This document shows positions 37,921 to 49,540 of a DNA stretch of 64,000 bases, piece by piece. The notes under the pieces are model-generated. The model saw only the letters and a list, made by a program, of their open reading frames with translations. It made no database searches and was not told where the DNA came from. Source of the stretch: Isurus oxyrinchus (Eukaryota); the NCBI GenBank assembly GCA_026770705.1, contig JANJGN010000076.1, positions 2,170,001-2,234,000 on the forward strand, read 5' to 3'. The translations under genes were made by a program, and so were the position numbers. The number at the start of each line of letters is the position of its first letter. Position 1 is the stretch's first letter.

Positions 37921-40908
37921 CCCGGCCGGTTGGATATGTTCTGTACTTTGCCTGTTTTGAGGTTCAGTGAGCAGCAACATTTGCATGATTTACGCCATTT
38001 AGAAACATTATCTTACCCTTTCTTACCGCCAAAGTGCACAACTTCACATTTGTGCACTTTGTGCTCCGATAGGAAGTCCATCTGTTGCCCTCTCCCTTAA
38101 CCTTTCGACATCAACTTTCAGCCTCCTTGTGTTCACCTCACAGCTTGCACCCGCACCTAGCATTGAATCGTCAGCAACTCAATTATTTTCCAGGTCTTTT
38201 CCGAAGTGATTAATGCAAATTGTAGCTGAGGCCATCATTGAAAGTTGCGGCACTCCACTGGTGACAGCCTGCCAGCCTGAAAGTGCCCAGTAAACCGTAT
38301 TATTTGCTTCCTCGACATTGACCGATCTTCTACTCATGCTAATGTATTCGCTTCAAACCCATGAGTTATCATCTTACGAACTAACCTTTGTGTGGAATCT
38401 TGAGGGATTTAAGTTCGAAGTCCAAGTCTATGACATCAACTGGTATCTAAAAGGGGGTAAAAACGATGTCACTATCATAACCCATGAAGATCCTCCCCAA
38501 TCATAGCATAAATCTATTAATGAGTTGTTCAGAATTCTTAACAATCGATTCCCACAGTTCCTGGTGACCGAAGAAAGGCTCACTGTACTTCTGGTCGACA
38601 TGTGGCATTTTGTTTTACCATCTCTCTCTGTTGAAGTGCAAATAATATCTGTCTCTCCAATTCCAAACATCTTCCTACAGCTTATCTTCTTCAGGTTTTG
38701 CAGTCGACCATCTTCAACAGCTTTGTTTCCTCCAAAATTCGGCCATTGTTGTTGTGTCATCGAGCTTCGGGTAATTATTAACGGCATTTAAAAAAAAGGT
38801 TCAAATAAGGAGACTCTAGGATATCCACTTTAACAGCTCCTCAGGCCAATTCATCTCTGTATCCATGCCTTATAGGCACCATGCATCAACATGCTAGTAA
38901 CCCCTTGAAATATATATCCACTGATTCCAGCAACTGATTCCTAGATGAACTACGTACAAGGACTAAAAAAGCCAAGGGTATCACATCCATTAAATGGACC
39001 CTACCTAGTGAAGTTTAATGATACAGACTCACTTTCATGAACATATATCGACTATATATTGAGATAACTTTACATCCATCTGTTCCATGGCTTTATTTGC
39101 AGCAACGGTTGCACAGCATTACACACTCTGAACATCAAACTCATTACTTTGTACTTTCCTGGATCAAATTTGCATCTGCTTTTCTGGAGCACCAACCACT
39201 CTTTAATAGTCAGGGCTTTCTCTTTGATTTGTGTGCGGCACCCTGCAGGTTGCTTACGTATTTACATAAGGAAGCTCGATTAAATTTAAGTGGCCACTTA
39301 GGTCGACGAATCAGAATTGAATTTTGGACAGCTGTTCATCAACCATGTTGATCGCAATGTGACCTGAGTCACAACGATTCTCTGACACGCTCTATAAAAA
39401 AAGTCATTTTTTTAATCCATGGAGGTGTTTTAAATATCTGCACGAAATTCGCCTATTCCCACTTCTCTACTAACAGTAAAAGAATATATTTCTGGGTCGC
39501 AATTACTGATGATTGAAAATTTGTCTGTCTGAATATCCCACTCCAATAACACGGAAAAAATACAATATCAAGTTATTCTGCTCTCTTCAGAGAGTGTTTC
39601 TATATGCATGAGGAAATGCTGGACACATTTCGTCGGCTGGATAACATCTCGGGATTGAGAACAAAAAAACAGTTAACTGTTTCAGGTCGATGAGCTATCA
39701 ACGAAAGTGAAAAGTGTTAGGGGAGTTCTATGGACGTGCTGATTGGACTTTCAGTCAACATGTGTGGACTATTCAGTGGACATATTCGTGAAAAATTTAT
39801 CTTGGAACATTTAATCAGTTGAAATTTCCCAATCGTCTGCAAATGTTGCGGCATTTATCTCAATGGGAATTCCTTGATTTTTGAAGCATTACCATTCTGG
39901 ATGACCCCGAGTCTTAATCTCATTTAAGATCATAATTTCCAACCAATAGATTTCCTCAGCTTAATCTTCCTACCAAATTACACTACTTCAATCTTGTTCA
40001 GAATCAAATTACTTTGCCATTTATCCTCATGAGTATTTGATATTCTGGTATTTGGTCACATTTATCCTTAGCATAAGCAAAACCTCAACCCTTCCTAAAT
40101 TAGCGAGGTACGCAAATGTTTTATACTATACTTCCCAACACTGAGATCAGCTCATTCAAGTCCATTGTGGTAAATGGTGGCTATCCCCATGGGTTATCGC
40201 TCCTACTTGGCACCCGTAGTAATAACTATATTCAATTCCTGCGCTCTGTTCTTCTTTTCTGTTTGTTTTATTTTGGTGGGAGAGGTTAAAAAACCACTGG
40301 GAATATCTGGACTTTTTAAATAAGTTATTCATGGTGACCTGTGTATGCACAAGCTGAACACGTGGTAGAAGCAGACTGGACAATATGTCTTCCAAAAATG
40401 AATCACTATTTAGAAAGGAAAATAAATTACTATGAGAAAGAGCATTGGAATCGGACAAATGGAATAGCACTTTCAGGAAAAGGAATAATGGGTGTACTGG
40501 CCTCCATCCGTGCAGTGCAATGCTAAGCTTTGTTATCCATTCAGCTACTGCAAAACTGAAATAAAATATTAATAATTTTATCCTCAATTAAATAAACGGC
40601 TATAAAATGGTAGGCAAACGTGCACAAGTCAAAAAAGCAATGGCGTAAACATAACAAAAGGCACTGGATGCTGAAGACATGAATGTTCCGATGAAATGGC
40701 ATCGACGTGACACCTTGGCTTTCCATCTTTCTCCTCGTGAGTGTTATCTGTTTCTATGTAATAACAGGTACTTTCACATGGATAAATTCCAGCTTTATTC
40801 TGACATCACATATTTTTTAATGTATCATATGAATTCTTGTCGTTATTTTTTTTCTGCTGAGATTAATTGAGGTTCCCATTGGCCAACCCCTTGGTAATAT
40901 CCGTGTAG

Positions 40909-41036
40909 ATTCCACAGACCACATCTGGATTGAAGGCTATGAGGACGATAACGGGAACATCTGGACAAAATCTCCAACAATCATCATCCTGTTCTTCCTG
41001 AGCATTTTCGACAGCATTGCTGTCACTCTGGTAAAG
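40909..41036 (+). pseudogene. Ig heavy-chain membrane exon TM1, copy 2 (apparently orphan)
   Basis: TAG acceptor; (D)STDHIWIEGYEDDNGNIWTKSPTIIILFFLSIFDSIAVTLVK; donor GTGAGA at 41037. Same 128-nt length as copy 1. Confidence 0.88.
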
Positions 41037-41175
41037 GTGAGAAGATTCAATCCACTCATGCTACAATCTGACAGAAACGGTTTGAAAATTTTCTAAACAT
41101 TTCAACAATTAAAATAATAACATAAATGCACCTGATCATAAATATCTGCTTCATTATTGTCTCCTTCTTTTACAG

Positions 41176-41184
41176 ATGAAGTGA
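41176..41184 (+). pseudogene. Ig heavy-chain TM2 exon, copy 2 (MK*)
   Basis: TTTTACAG acceptor, then ATG AAG TGA. The downstream UTR aligns with 672-1400. Confidence 0.8.
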
Positions 41185-42595
41185 TCGGTTGAATTTGGAC
41201 CTCGTAGCTTTTCCTCAGCTGTATTTTAAGATCTCTGTATTCCAATATAAAATCTGTTCTCTTGGTGATTCTAAAGGTGAAATGTCTTCACTTTGTGATC
41301 CCGAATCTGTAACCGAACCTGTAGCAGTATTTCCGATTTCATGTATGAAATATGTGAGATGAAAATGGTTGTAATGTAATTGTAGCATCTAATTTCCCTG
41401 GAGTTAGGATTTGAATTGTAATTAAGTAACGTTTTCATTCGTTATTCATTATTGCCCCCTTCCCTTTCCTTTGAGCCACAGTTTTCTCTTTCTGATCTAT
41501 GTTCCAGTGGTACATATAATTTACCAAATCAGAGCGCATGTGTTCTGTTCCCAACGTGACCTCAGGCATTGTATTCACTTCTGTTAACTTTAAAATAAAA
41601 TTTCCTGTGAAATATTCTCTGATATTACTAATAAATCTGGAATGAAAAGTGAGCTAACTGTGACTTTGCTGAATTCCTTTCCCCAAGGCCCATCGACACC
41701 GCTGCATTTTCCCTGTTACACATTTATCTCAGTTTTACCAGTCCTGTCGGGGTTCTGTTTACACCCATCGCCCCATCCGTGTAAGGAGACCTTTACCTCT
41801 GCCTGTTTCTGGCTATTGCCCGAGGTGGAATGATTGAACAGGGAGAGTCACCTTGGTGACTTCACTCTGGATGGTCACAGACACATGTCTGGCAATTCCA
41901 AACTGTAGGGTTCGGCTTCATCGGAGGCTGATATAGGACAGGAAATTGGAGCAGAAAACTTCCTTTAAAATACCCCATCAAACACTCCCACCGTTGGTGC
42001 AATCATGGTCAGAAAAAGGTTAAAGATCCCTCTGCAATGTCCGATTAAACACTTTGAAGTGGGGATGCCACAGGCTAGATATATAACACAGGCAGAATAC
42101 GGAGCACAAACCAAGGGATGTTTCCAGGGGCTGGGGCGTGTCTGGCACTGCTATATTATTAAGTACAAATCCTGCAAATTATTATAGAGCTTTAGGTCTA
42201 TTGGACATACGGGGGGCTGGGGGGGGGGGGGGGGTGGGGGGGTCAAAACTGCGAAAATACTCAAAGATGGGGTCCAACTTTATGCTGCAAGTAACCATAA
42301 ACATGGGGCTTGTTCACAGATCCTGGGGCCGATCGGATACTGAGACACTGGCTTTCCATTTTCTCTTAAATACACAAATAGACGTAGCCTGCACCTCGCC
42401 CTGCCACACCCCTTTCTGTTCAGCATATACATGGTCCTTGTTCCAGTAAACGCAGGCCGACTCTCCACTTCCACCTTTTCTGTTAAATCCATTAGCGCTG
42501 TCATTCTCCCTTCTGCTTTGATAATGAACTGTATTCCTGATCAGCTCATTCCTACTGATACCATCTCCCTGAACTCGCTGAACATCACCCCAGGG

Positions 42596-42809
42596 GTGAA
42601 AACAGAAAACGCTGGAAATATCAGCAGGTCTGAAAGAATCTGCAGAGGCAGAAACAGAGTGGTCTTCTCGATTCGGTATGACCCTTCTTCAGCTGAACTC
42701 GAAAGGTCAACTCTGTTTCTCTCTCCTCAGATGCTGTCAGGCCTGCTGAGTTTTTCCAGCAATTTTTGTTTTTGTTTCAGATTTCCAGCATCCGCAGTAT
42801 TTTGCATTT
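42596..42809. mobile_element. Fold-back (inverted dimer) short Penelope-derived element with 12-bp TSD
   Basis: ATCACCCCAGGG at 42584-42595 and 42810-42821. The left arm is the reverse complement of the right arm. Confidence 0.85.
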
Positions 42810-43149
42810 ATCACCCCAGGGATTTCGTTCTACCTGCTTCATCGTTTCGTCAGACGAAACTTCAGAGCCTCCCGATCACGGGAATAACAGCAGAAGTTTC
42901 TCTTCATATCCTGCTATCTTCCAATATCATCCATCTGAAACTGCGCCACTTTTCTCTAATTCCTCAGAGTTCAGGCGCGAGGTTCCATGTTGTTGAATAA
43001 AGGAAGGGTTAGGCAGAGAAAAATTACCTACACATCTTCAAGACTCGGAATGATATTTATGAATGAGTGGAGTTTTTGCTTAAACCCTGTCTCTCTCCCA
43101 ATCTCTCTCCCTTCCTCTACCGCAAAGCCCGTCAGGACATCTGAATCAA

Positions 43150-43387
43150 CAACAGAAAAAGTTGTAAAATCTCAACGGTTCATAAAGCATCTGTGAAGAA
43201 AACGACAGGGTTAACGTTTCGAGCCCGCATGATTCTACTTCAGAGTCTTCTTATCTGAACAAAAGTCATAAAGACTCAAAACGTTAATCCTGTCTTTATC
43301 TCCACAGGTGATGTTGGACATGCTGAGGTTTTGCAGCATTTTCTCTTTTAGTTTTAGATTTCCAGAAACCGCAATATTTAGCTTTTA
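43150..43387. mobile_element. Second fold-back dimer of the same short element
   Basis: Minus arm CTGAAGTAGAATCATGCGGGCTCGAAACGTTAAC; plus arm CTGAACAAAAGTCATAAAGACTCAAAACGTTAAT. Confidence 0.8.
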
Positions 43388-44189
43388 CTGTTCAGGACTT
43401 CCCTCCTCTCATGGCTGCATTTTTTTTAACCGCTGTCATTGCACATGGGATTTGGGAGTGGCTTATTGATGCAATATAATGGGGATAAAACAGTAAGGCA
43501 GATTATTATCTGAATGGCTATAAATTGAGAGAGGGGAATGTGCAACGAGACCTGGGTGTCCTTATTGTTTCAGCAGAATGGATGTGTGAGTGACACACTT
43601 CTAGCTCCTGGAGCAGCTGAACAACCGTTCCCCAGTGAGAACAGACAATTAGTGTTTTGGCGGATCCATACTTTCTTCTGTTGTTCGTCCAGCGCTGTAA
43701 ACATCATCCCAGGCATTCTCTGCTATGCCCCCGCCCCCTCCACACGCACAGGGAGATCCTGGTGTATTGGTAATGTCACGATGCGGATGAGCTAAAAAGG
43801 CAGGCTCCCGCTCTAGCACAAATGTTCAAGCCCTGTTACAGCAACTGGCTGAATTTCCGTCAAAAAATCAGGAATTGAAACCCTTTCAGGAATGGGGATG
43901 ATTTCGGTCTAAATATGAAATCTCTGGTAATCTCCAGGAATTCTCCACATTCTGGCTGCTCCACGAGATTCCAGACTCACAGCAATGTGGCTGGTCCTGA
44001 AATAGTCTGGACACCGTGAGTTATATCAAAACGCTGCAGACAATCCAAACCAGATGGACAACTTCTCTTCAAGAACGTCCCCACCAACAACTTATCCAGG
44101 TAAATGAGGGATGGAAATAAACACTGGCTTTGTCTGCAATGCTCCATTCAAATAAAGAATGCAATAAAAATCCAAACCTATCGCAACGG

Positions 44190-45175
44190 AACAGAGGAAC
44201 AGGAGAATGCCATTCAACCCATCGAACCTGTCCCACCTTTCATTGCGATCATGGATGATCATCTCCTTCAACATCTTTCACCCACACCATCCTCATACCG
44301 TTTATATCTTTGGTATTTAGAAATCTGCCATTCTCTGCTTTAAACATACTCAATGATTATGCTTCGACAGCTCTCCGGGATGCAGAAATACAAACATTCG
44401 CAAACCACTGAGTAAAAAACAATTCTCCTCAGGTCAGTCCTAGTGGCTTTACCCTTATTTTGAAATTGTGTCCCCTGTTTCTAGATTCCCCGACCAAAGG
44501 ATATATCTGACCTTCATTTACACTTTCTTCCATTCAGGTGTTTTGTTTGTTATAATGAGATCTTTTTGCTCATGTTTGGAAACTCTGGAGAATACAGGTC
44601 CAGTGTCCCCAATCCTTCTTCACAGGACAGTCACGCCATCCCTGATGCAAGTCTGGTGAGCCTTCGATTCACTCCCTCTATGACAATTACTCCCTTCCGA
44701 ATGTAAGGGGGGCAAACCTGCACATTGTACCCCAGGGTTGGCCTAACCAAGATTATATACAAAGGAAATGAGACTTCATTATGGCTGTACTCAAATCCAC
44801 TTGTGAGAGAAGCTAACATTATATTCGTCTTCCTAAATGCTTCATATGTATGTCAGGTTTCAGAGACCTATTGATGAGGGTACACAGGCCCCCTTGTACA
44901 GCTACATTTTCCAGGCTCTCACGTTTTATGAAATAATCTGCACATCTGTTGATCCTACCAAGCTGGTTAACCTCGCATTCTTCCACGTTAAATTTCATCT
45001 TTCCTCTTCTGTCCCCCTCACCAAGTCTGTCCAAATCGCCTTGAAACCATTTTTCACCTTCCTCACAATACACGTTCCCACCAAGCTTTGTGTCATCCTC
45101 GAACTTGGAAATATTACATTTGGCGCTCATATCCAAATCATTCATATGTTGTGAACAGCTGGCTCTCAAGTAGTG
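44190..45175 (-). mobile_element. CR1 LINE 3' fragment
   Basis: Minus ORFs MNDLD..CNISKFEDDTKLGG..KFNVEEC and LVRPTLGYNVQ. Confidence 0.92.
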
Positions 45176-46109
45176 AGCCTTCCAATTCCCCACTGGCCAG
45201 ATGCTGACAAAGTTTGATATTTCACTCTATACTCCATCACCCCCACCACCCCCACCGCCACAATAGAAAACACACACTTAGGTCGCCGGCGCCCCTCACC
45301 CCACACCTCACACTTTGAAATGACATGCTTCAGTTACTGCTGCAGCAGCAGGAGTCCTTTGGATCACGTAAGAGTGTCACAACACTGATGGAAGCCCTTG
45401 AAGCATTAGTCTGTTTCTCGCTACACAAAGGTAGCGAGGGCTGCTGATTATTCCCAGCATTGCTGTTTTTTATTTCAGTTCCGAGCACATTGGCCCCCCC
45501 TCTCTCTCCTCTCCTGAACATAATTTTTCCAGATGAGTTCAGGGGACATTTGAATTGACGAATTTCACTGGAACATAACTTGTGCAGTGGAAATAATTCT
45601 TTATTTGAAACGAGGAGACGTCCCGCTCCACGATACTGTGACTGTTCAGCTCTAAAAACACTGGAATAAAATCACAGAAAGATTTTGAAAAGCTGAAATC
45701 ACTGACTTTCGAACGTCTAAAACCCATCCTCCCATCTGCAGGTTGGTCCGAAATGTTTTGAACAAGGTTTCCCTGGGATAGTGGAGACACTGCAGCATGT
45801 CCGTCCCTGGACTGTAACCTGCACAAGTGGCCTTATCCTCCAAAGCCCCTTTGGGTAATGACATGGAACTCGAGCCTGGTGGGTGGGAATTTCACACACC
45901 AGGCCCAAGGACAACAGGAGAGTTGGAATAGCCTGGAAACCAGCAGGACAAACAGGACTGAGGTAAATTACTTCCCAAATGCACCGTTTCTGTTAGTCAT
46001 TGAATCCTGGCGGTGAAAGATGAAAACTGGCCTCACCCTGTGCTCATCACCGAGGTGAAGGGATTGGGAATAAAACAGGGTCAACTCGTATTGATAATGG
46101 ATATTCTTG

Positions 46110-47011
46110 TCACTGTTTAATAAATTTAAAAATTACAGAAAAGGGATATTTCACCACATTCTTCAGCTCATTTCTGAATTGAGTCTGGGTCACTGCATAA
46201 ATGGCCGTGTTAGTGCAACAACTCAGGAGCTGAAATATAAATCCCAGTTCCTGCACAAACATAGGAAGGTATACAGGAATAGCATCTAACACATATAGCC
46301 TTTTACAAATAGGATGTATCATAAAAACTACCCACAACAGGATAAAATTCCCCGATATAGCAAACAGTAAAATGATGGATTTCCTGCGTTTCTCCATCTG
46401 TGGGTCCCTGGGTCTCTCCCCACTGCAGTGAGCCCGAAGTCTCCTACGGGCTCTGCTCGACACTAAAATATATCTGACAGTTAAAGCGTTCAACATCAAA
46501 ATCAAAACAAATGGCGCAAATGGTGTTAAAATATAATGAAGACATTCGATTGCTGCCCACATTGATGAGAATTCAACATCCGTCACTAATGTGCAAAACC
46601 AAGGAGCATTGAAAAGCGAATATTGACCTACATACATAAAGTACCAGAATGTATCCTTCACACAGAATAGCAGACTGACTGTTCCGAGAACCACAGCCGC
46701 CGTATGCTGGGTGCAATATTTTGTTTTCAACTTCTGGGAACAAATAGCCAGAAATCTATCAAAGGTGAAAGAGACTGTGAACCAGACAGAACAATCTGTG
46801 GCTGCATAAAGCAGGACTGCATGGATATTACACACTTTAAACCTCCACAGGAACTGAAATTGAGCCCAGTAAAGAATAGCAATTTGCCTGAATATGAGAT
46901 CAAGGATAACGACCAGTAGATCCGCGGTTGCCATGGACACCAGGTAAAGGGAAACACATTTTGAGAGACCGCACCTTCCCCGAGACAGGGTCACAATAGT
47001 CAGTATGTTCA
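46110..47011 (-). CDS. GPR139-like class A GPCR gene C, exon 2
   Basis: Open frame VNILTIVTLSRGRCGLSKC..MATADLL..VCNIH..FTFDRFLAIC..SCCTNTAIYAVTQ. TCCTTACAG acceptor. Confidence 0.93.
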
Positions 47012-47754
47012 CTGTAAGGAAGAGAAAGGCAGGATAGTTATTGTTTAACTTAGAGCAACTGTTGCAGACTGATGGAGTGACATTTGAACAGAGTTATCCA
47101 AGGTCAGAATCTAATTACTTTACCAGTGTTTGAGCTTTACGCTGGAGGGAGTGTTTCGAGTTAAACACCATCCTGTTGTAGCAGGAAACCAAATCCTGCA
47201 GCAGGTCCCATCGCCACTTCCCTAAATTATTCATGGAATTCGGAGTGAAAATCACTCACCCCACTAGTAGTCCTGCTCAATATCCCATGAACATGCTGCA
47301 AACTGCGTCACAACGATATGTTGGGCTATGATTTGTACTGAAGGAAAATGGTTCATTTATTTTTGAGAAGACATTTGAGTGGAACATTAAGGTTGTGTAA
47401 AGAAGTAAATACAGATTTGAATTCAGAAATTGTATTTCAAATCAGGATGTCCAAATGTGCCTTCCTGATAATTATTGCCTTTGCTAAAAGGCACAATGAA
47501 TGCTTAGACTGTATCCCAGTAACAAATAGACTCTCGAAAAGAAATAAAGAACAGGGAGGTAAATGGATCGCTAGACTGAAGAAAATAAATTAGAGATTGA
47601 ATCAGAGCTGGATTCTGGCCAACACGAAGGAACAGCAGAGAGTGGCAGCACCCAAAATTCAAGCTGGCTAGCAGGAGAGAATTTACCAATGGATCTAATG
47701 TCTGTGTTTTGGGCCAGGAATTAAATGGGCCAATGGTTGGGAAATGAAGTTGTT

Positions 47755-48260
47755 ACATAAGAATACAAGAACTAGGAGCAAGAGCAAGCCATATTTCCCT
47801 TTGGTCAACTCTAATGTTCACTAAGCCCATGGCCGTTCTTCCACTTCTACTATCCAAAACTATCCCCATTTATCTTAATGGCCTTAGAGCACAAAAATCT
47901 ACCGACCAACAGCCCTCGAGAGTTGATAATTCCGACGTTTCTCCACTTTCTGAGTGAAGAAGATTCTCTTCATCTCAATTCCAAATGGCCAACATCTTAT
48001 CTCAGGGATCGAGTTCTCGACTCCCCACCTAAGGGAAACATTCTCTCAGCATCCATGCTATGAGGACACTAAATTATTTTCTATGACACGATGAGATAAT
48101 CGCACATCCTCTAAATTTAAGAAGATGCATGTCAAATTTGATTGATTGATTGATTACTTAAGTATATTTTTCCTTAGGCAAGAAGGCCAAAACTGTACAC
48201 ATTAATCGATATGTTTTCTCACCAATCGCATGCATAATTTTATCAAAAGTTCCTTACTCG
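47755..48260 (-). mobile_element. CR1 3' fragment in the gene C intron
   Basis: Similar to 35650-36200 and 44190-44700. Confidence 0.7.
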
Positions 48261-48312
48261 AATACAGGGAAGAATGCCATTTATTATCCTATTCACTTGC
48301 TATATTGCTGTA

Positions 48313-49540
48313 TCCTAACCTCATTACAGCTTTGTTTCAAACATGGAAAAAAGAGCTGAACTCCCGGGGGGAGGTGAGAGCGGCTACCCTTGACATCAAG
48401 GCAACATTTGGCAGAGTGTGACATCAAGGGCCCCTAGCAAACCTGGAGTCAATGGGAATCAGGGGGGAAATCTCTGCTGCTTCGAACCATACCTAGCAGA
48501 AAGGATGATGGTTGTGTTTGTTGGGGGTCGATCATCTCAGTGCTAGGACTTCACTACAGCATTCCTTCAGGGGACTGTCCTCGGCCGAACCATCTTCAGC
48601 TGCTTCATCAATGACCTTCCTTCCATCACATAGTCAGAAGTGGGATGTTCGCTACTGATTTCACAATGTTCAGCGCCATTAATGACTCCTCAGGTACTGA
48701 AGTAGCCCATGCTCAAATGCAGCAAGAGCTGGACAATTACCAGGCTTGCACTGACATGTGGCAAGTATCTTGTGCACCGCTCAAGTGTCAGGCAATGACC
48801 ATCTCCAACAAGGGAGAAACCAACCATCGCTCTTTGTCATTCAATGGCATTAACATCACTGAATCCCCCACTATCAAATCCTGGGGTTTACCATTGACCA
48901 GAAACGGAACTGAACAAGCCATATAAATACTATGGCTACTAGAGCAGATTAGAGGCAAGGAATAGTGCGACGTGTAACTCACCTCCTCACCGCCAAAGCC
49001 TGTCCACCATCTGCAAGGCACAAGTCAGGAGTGTAGTGGAATGCTCCTCGCTTGCTTGGATGGGCGCAGCTCCCAGAACGCTCAAGAAGCTTGACACCAT
49101 TCAGGGCAATGCACCTCGCTGGATTGGTAGCACATCCAAAAATATTTACACACTCCACCACTGTTGCATAGTAGCACTAGTGGGTGCCATCTACAAGATG
49201 CACTGCAGGAACTCATCAATGCTCTTTCAGCTGCACGTTCAAACCCCGACCACTACCATCTAGAAGGAGAAGGGGAGCAGACAGATGTGAACACCACCAA
49301 ACGGAAGTTCCCCTTCAAGTCACTCACCATTTTGACCTGGAAATATATCGCCGTTCCTTCACTGTCGCTGGGCCAAAATCCTGGAATTCCCTTCAGAACA
49401 GCACTCTGGGTGCGCCTACACCCCGAAGACTGTAGCAGTTCAAGAAGGCAGCTCAGCACCACCTTCACAAAGGCAACTAGTGATGGGTAATAAATTCTGG
49501 CCCAGCCAACGAAGCCCATTTCCCATGAATGGATAATAAT
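48313..49540 (+). mobile_element. L2/CR1-group LINE (family 2), RT + 3' UTR, in the gene C intron
   Basis: ALDIKA.F.RV.H, TIFSCFINDLP, MFA.D.TMF and F.P.KCQAM motifs with stops and frameshifts. Confidence 0.9.

Noticed and set aside
42431-43000. 189-aa ORF
   Set aside because: Reads through the fold-back element and has no protein motif.
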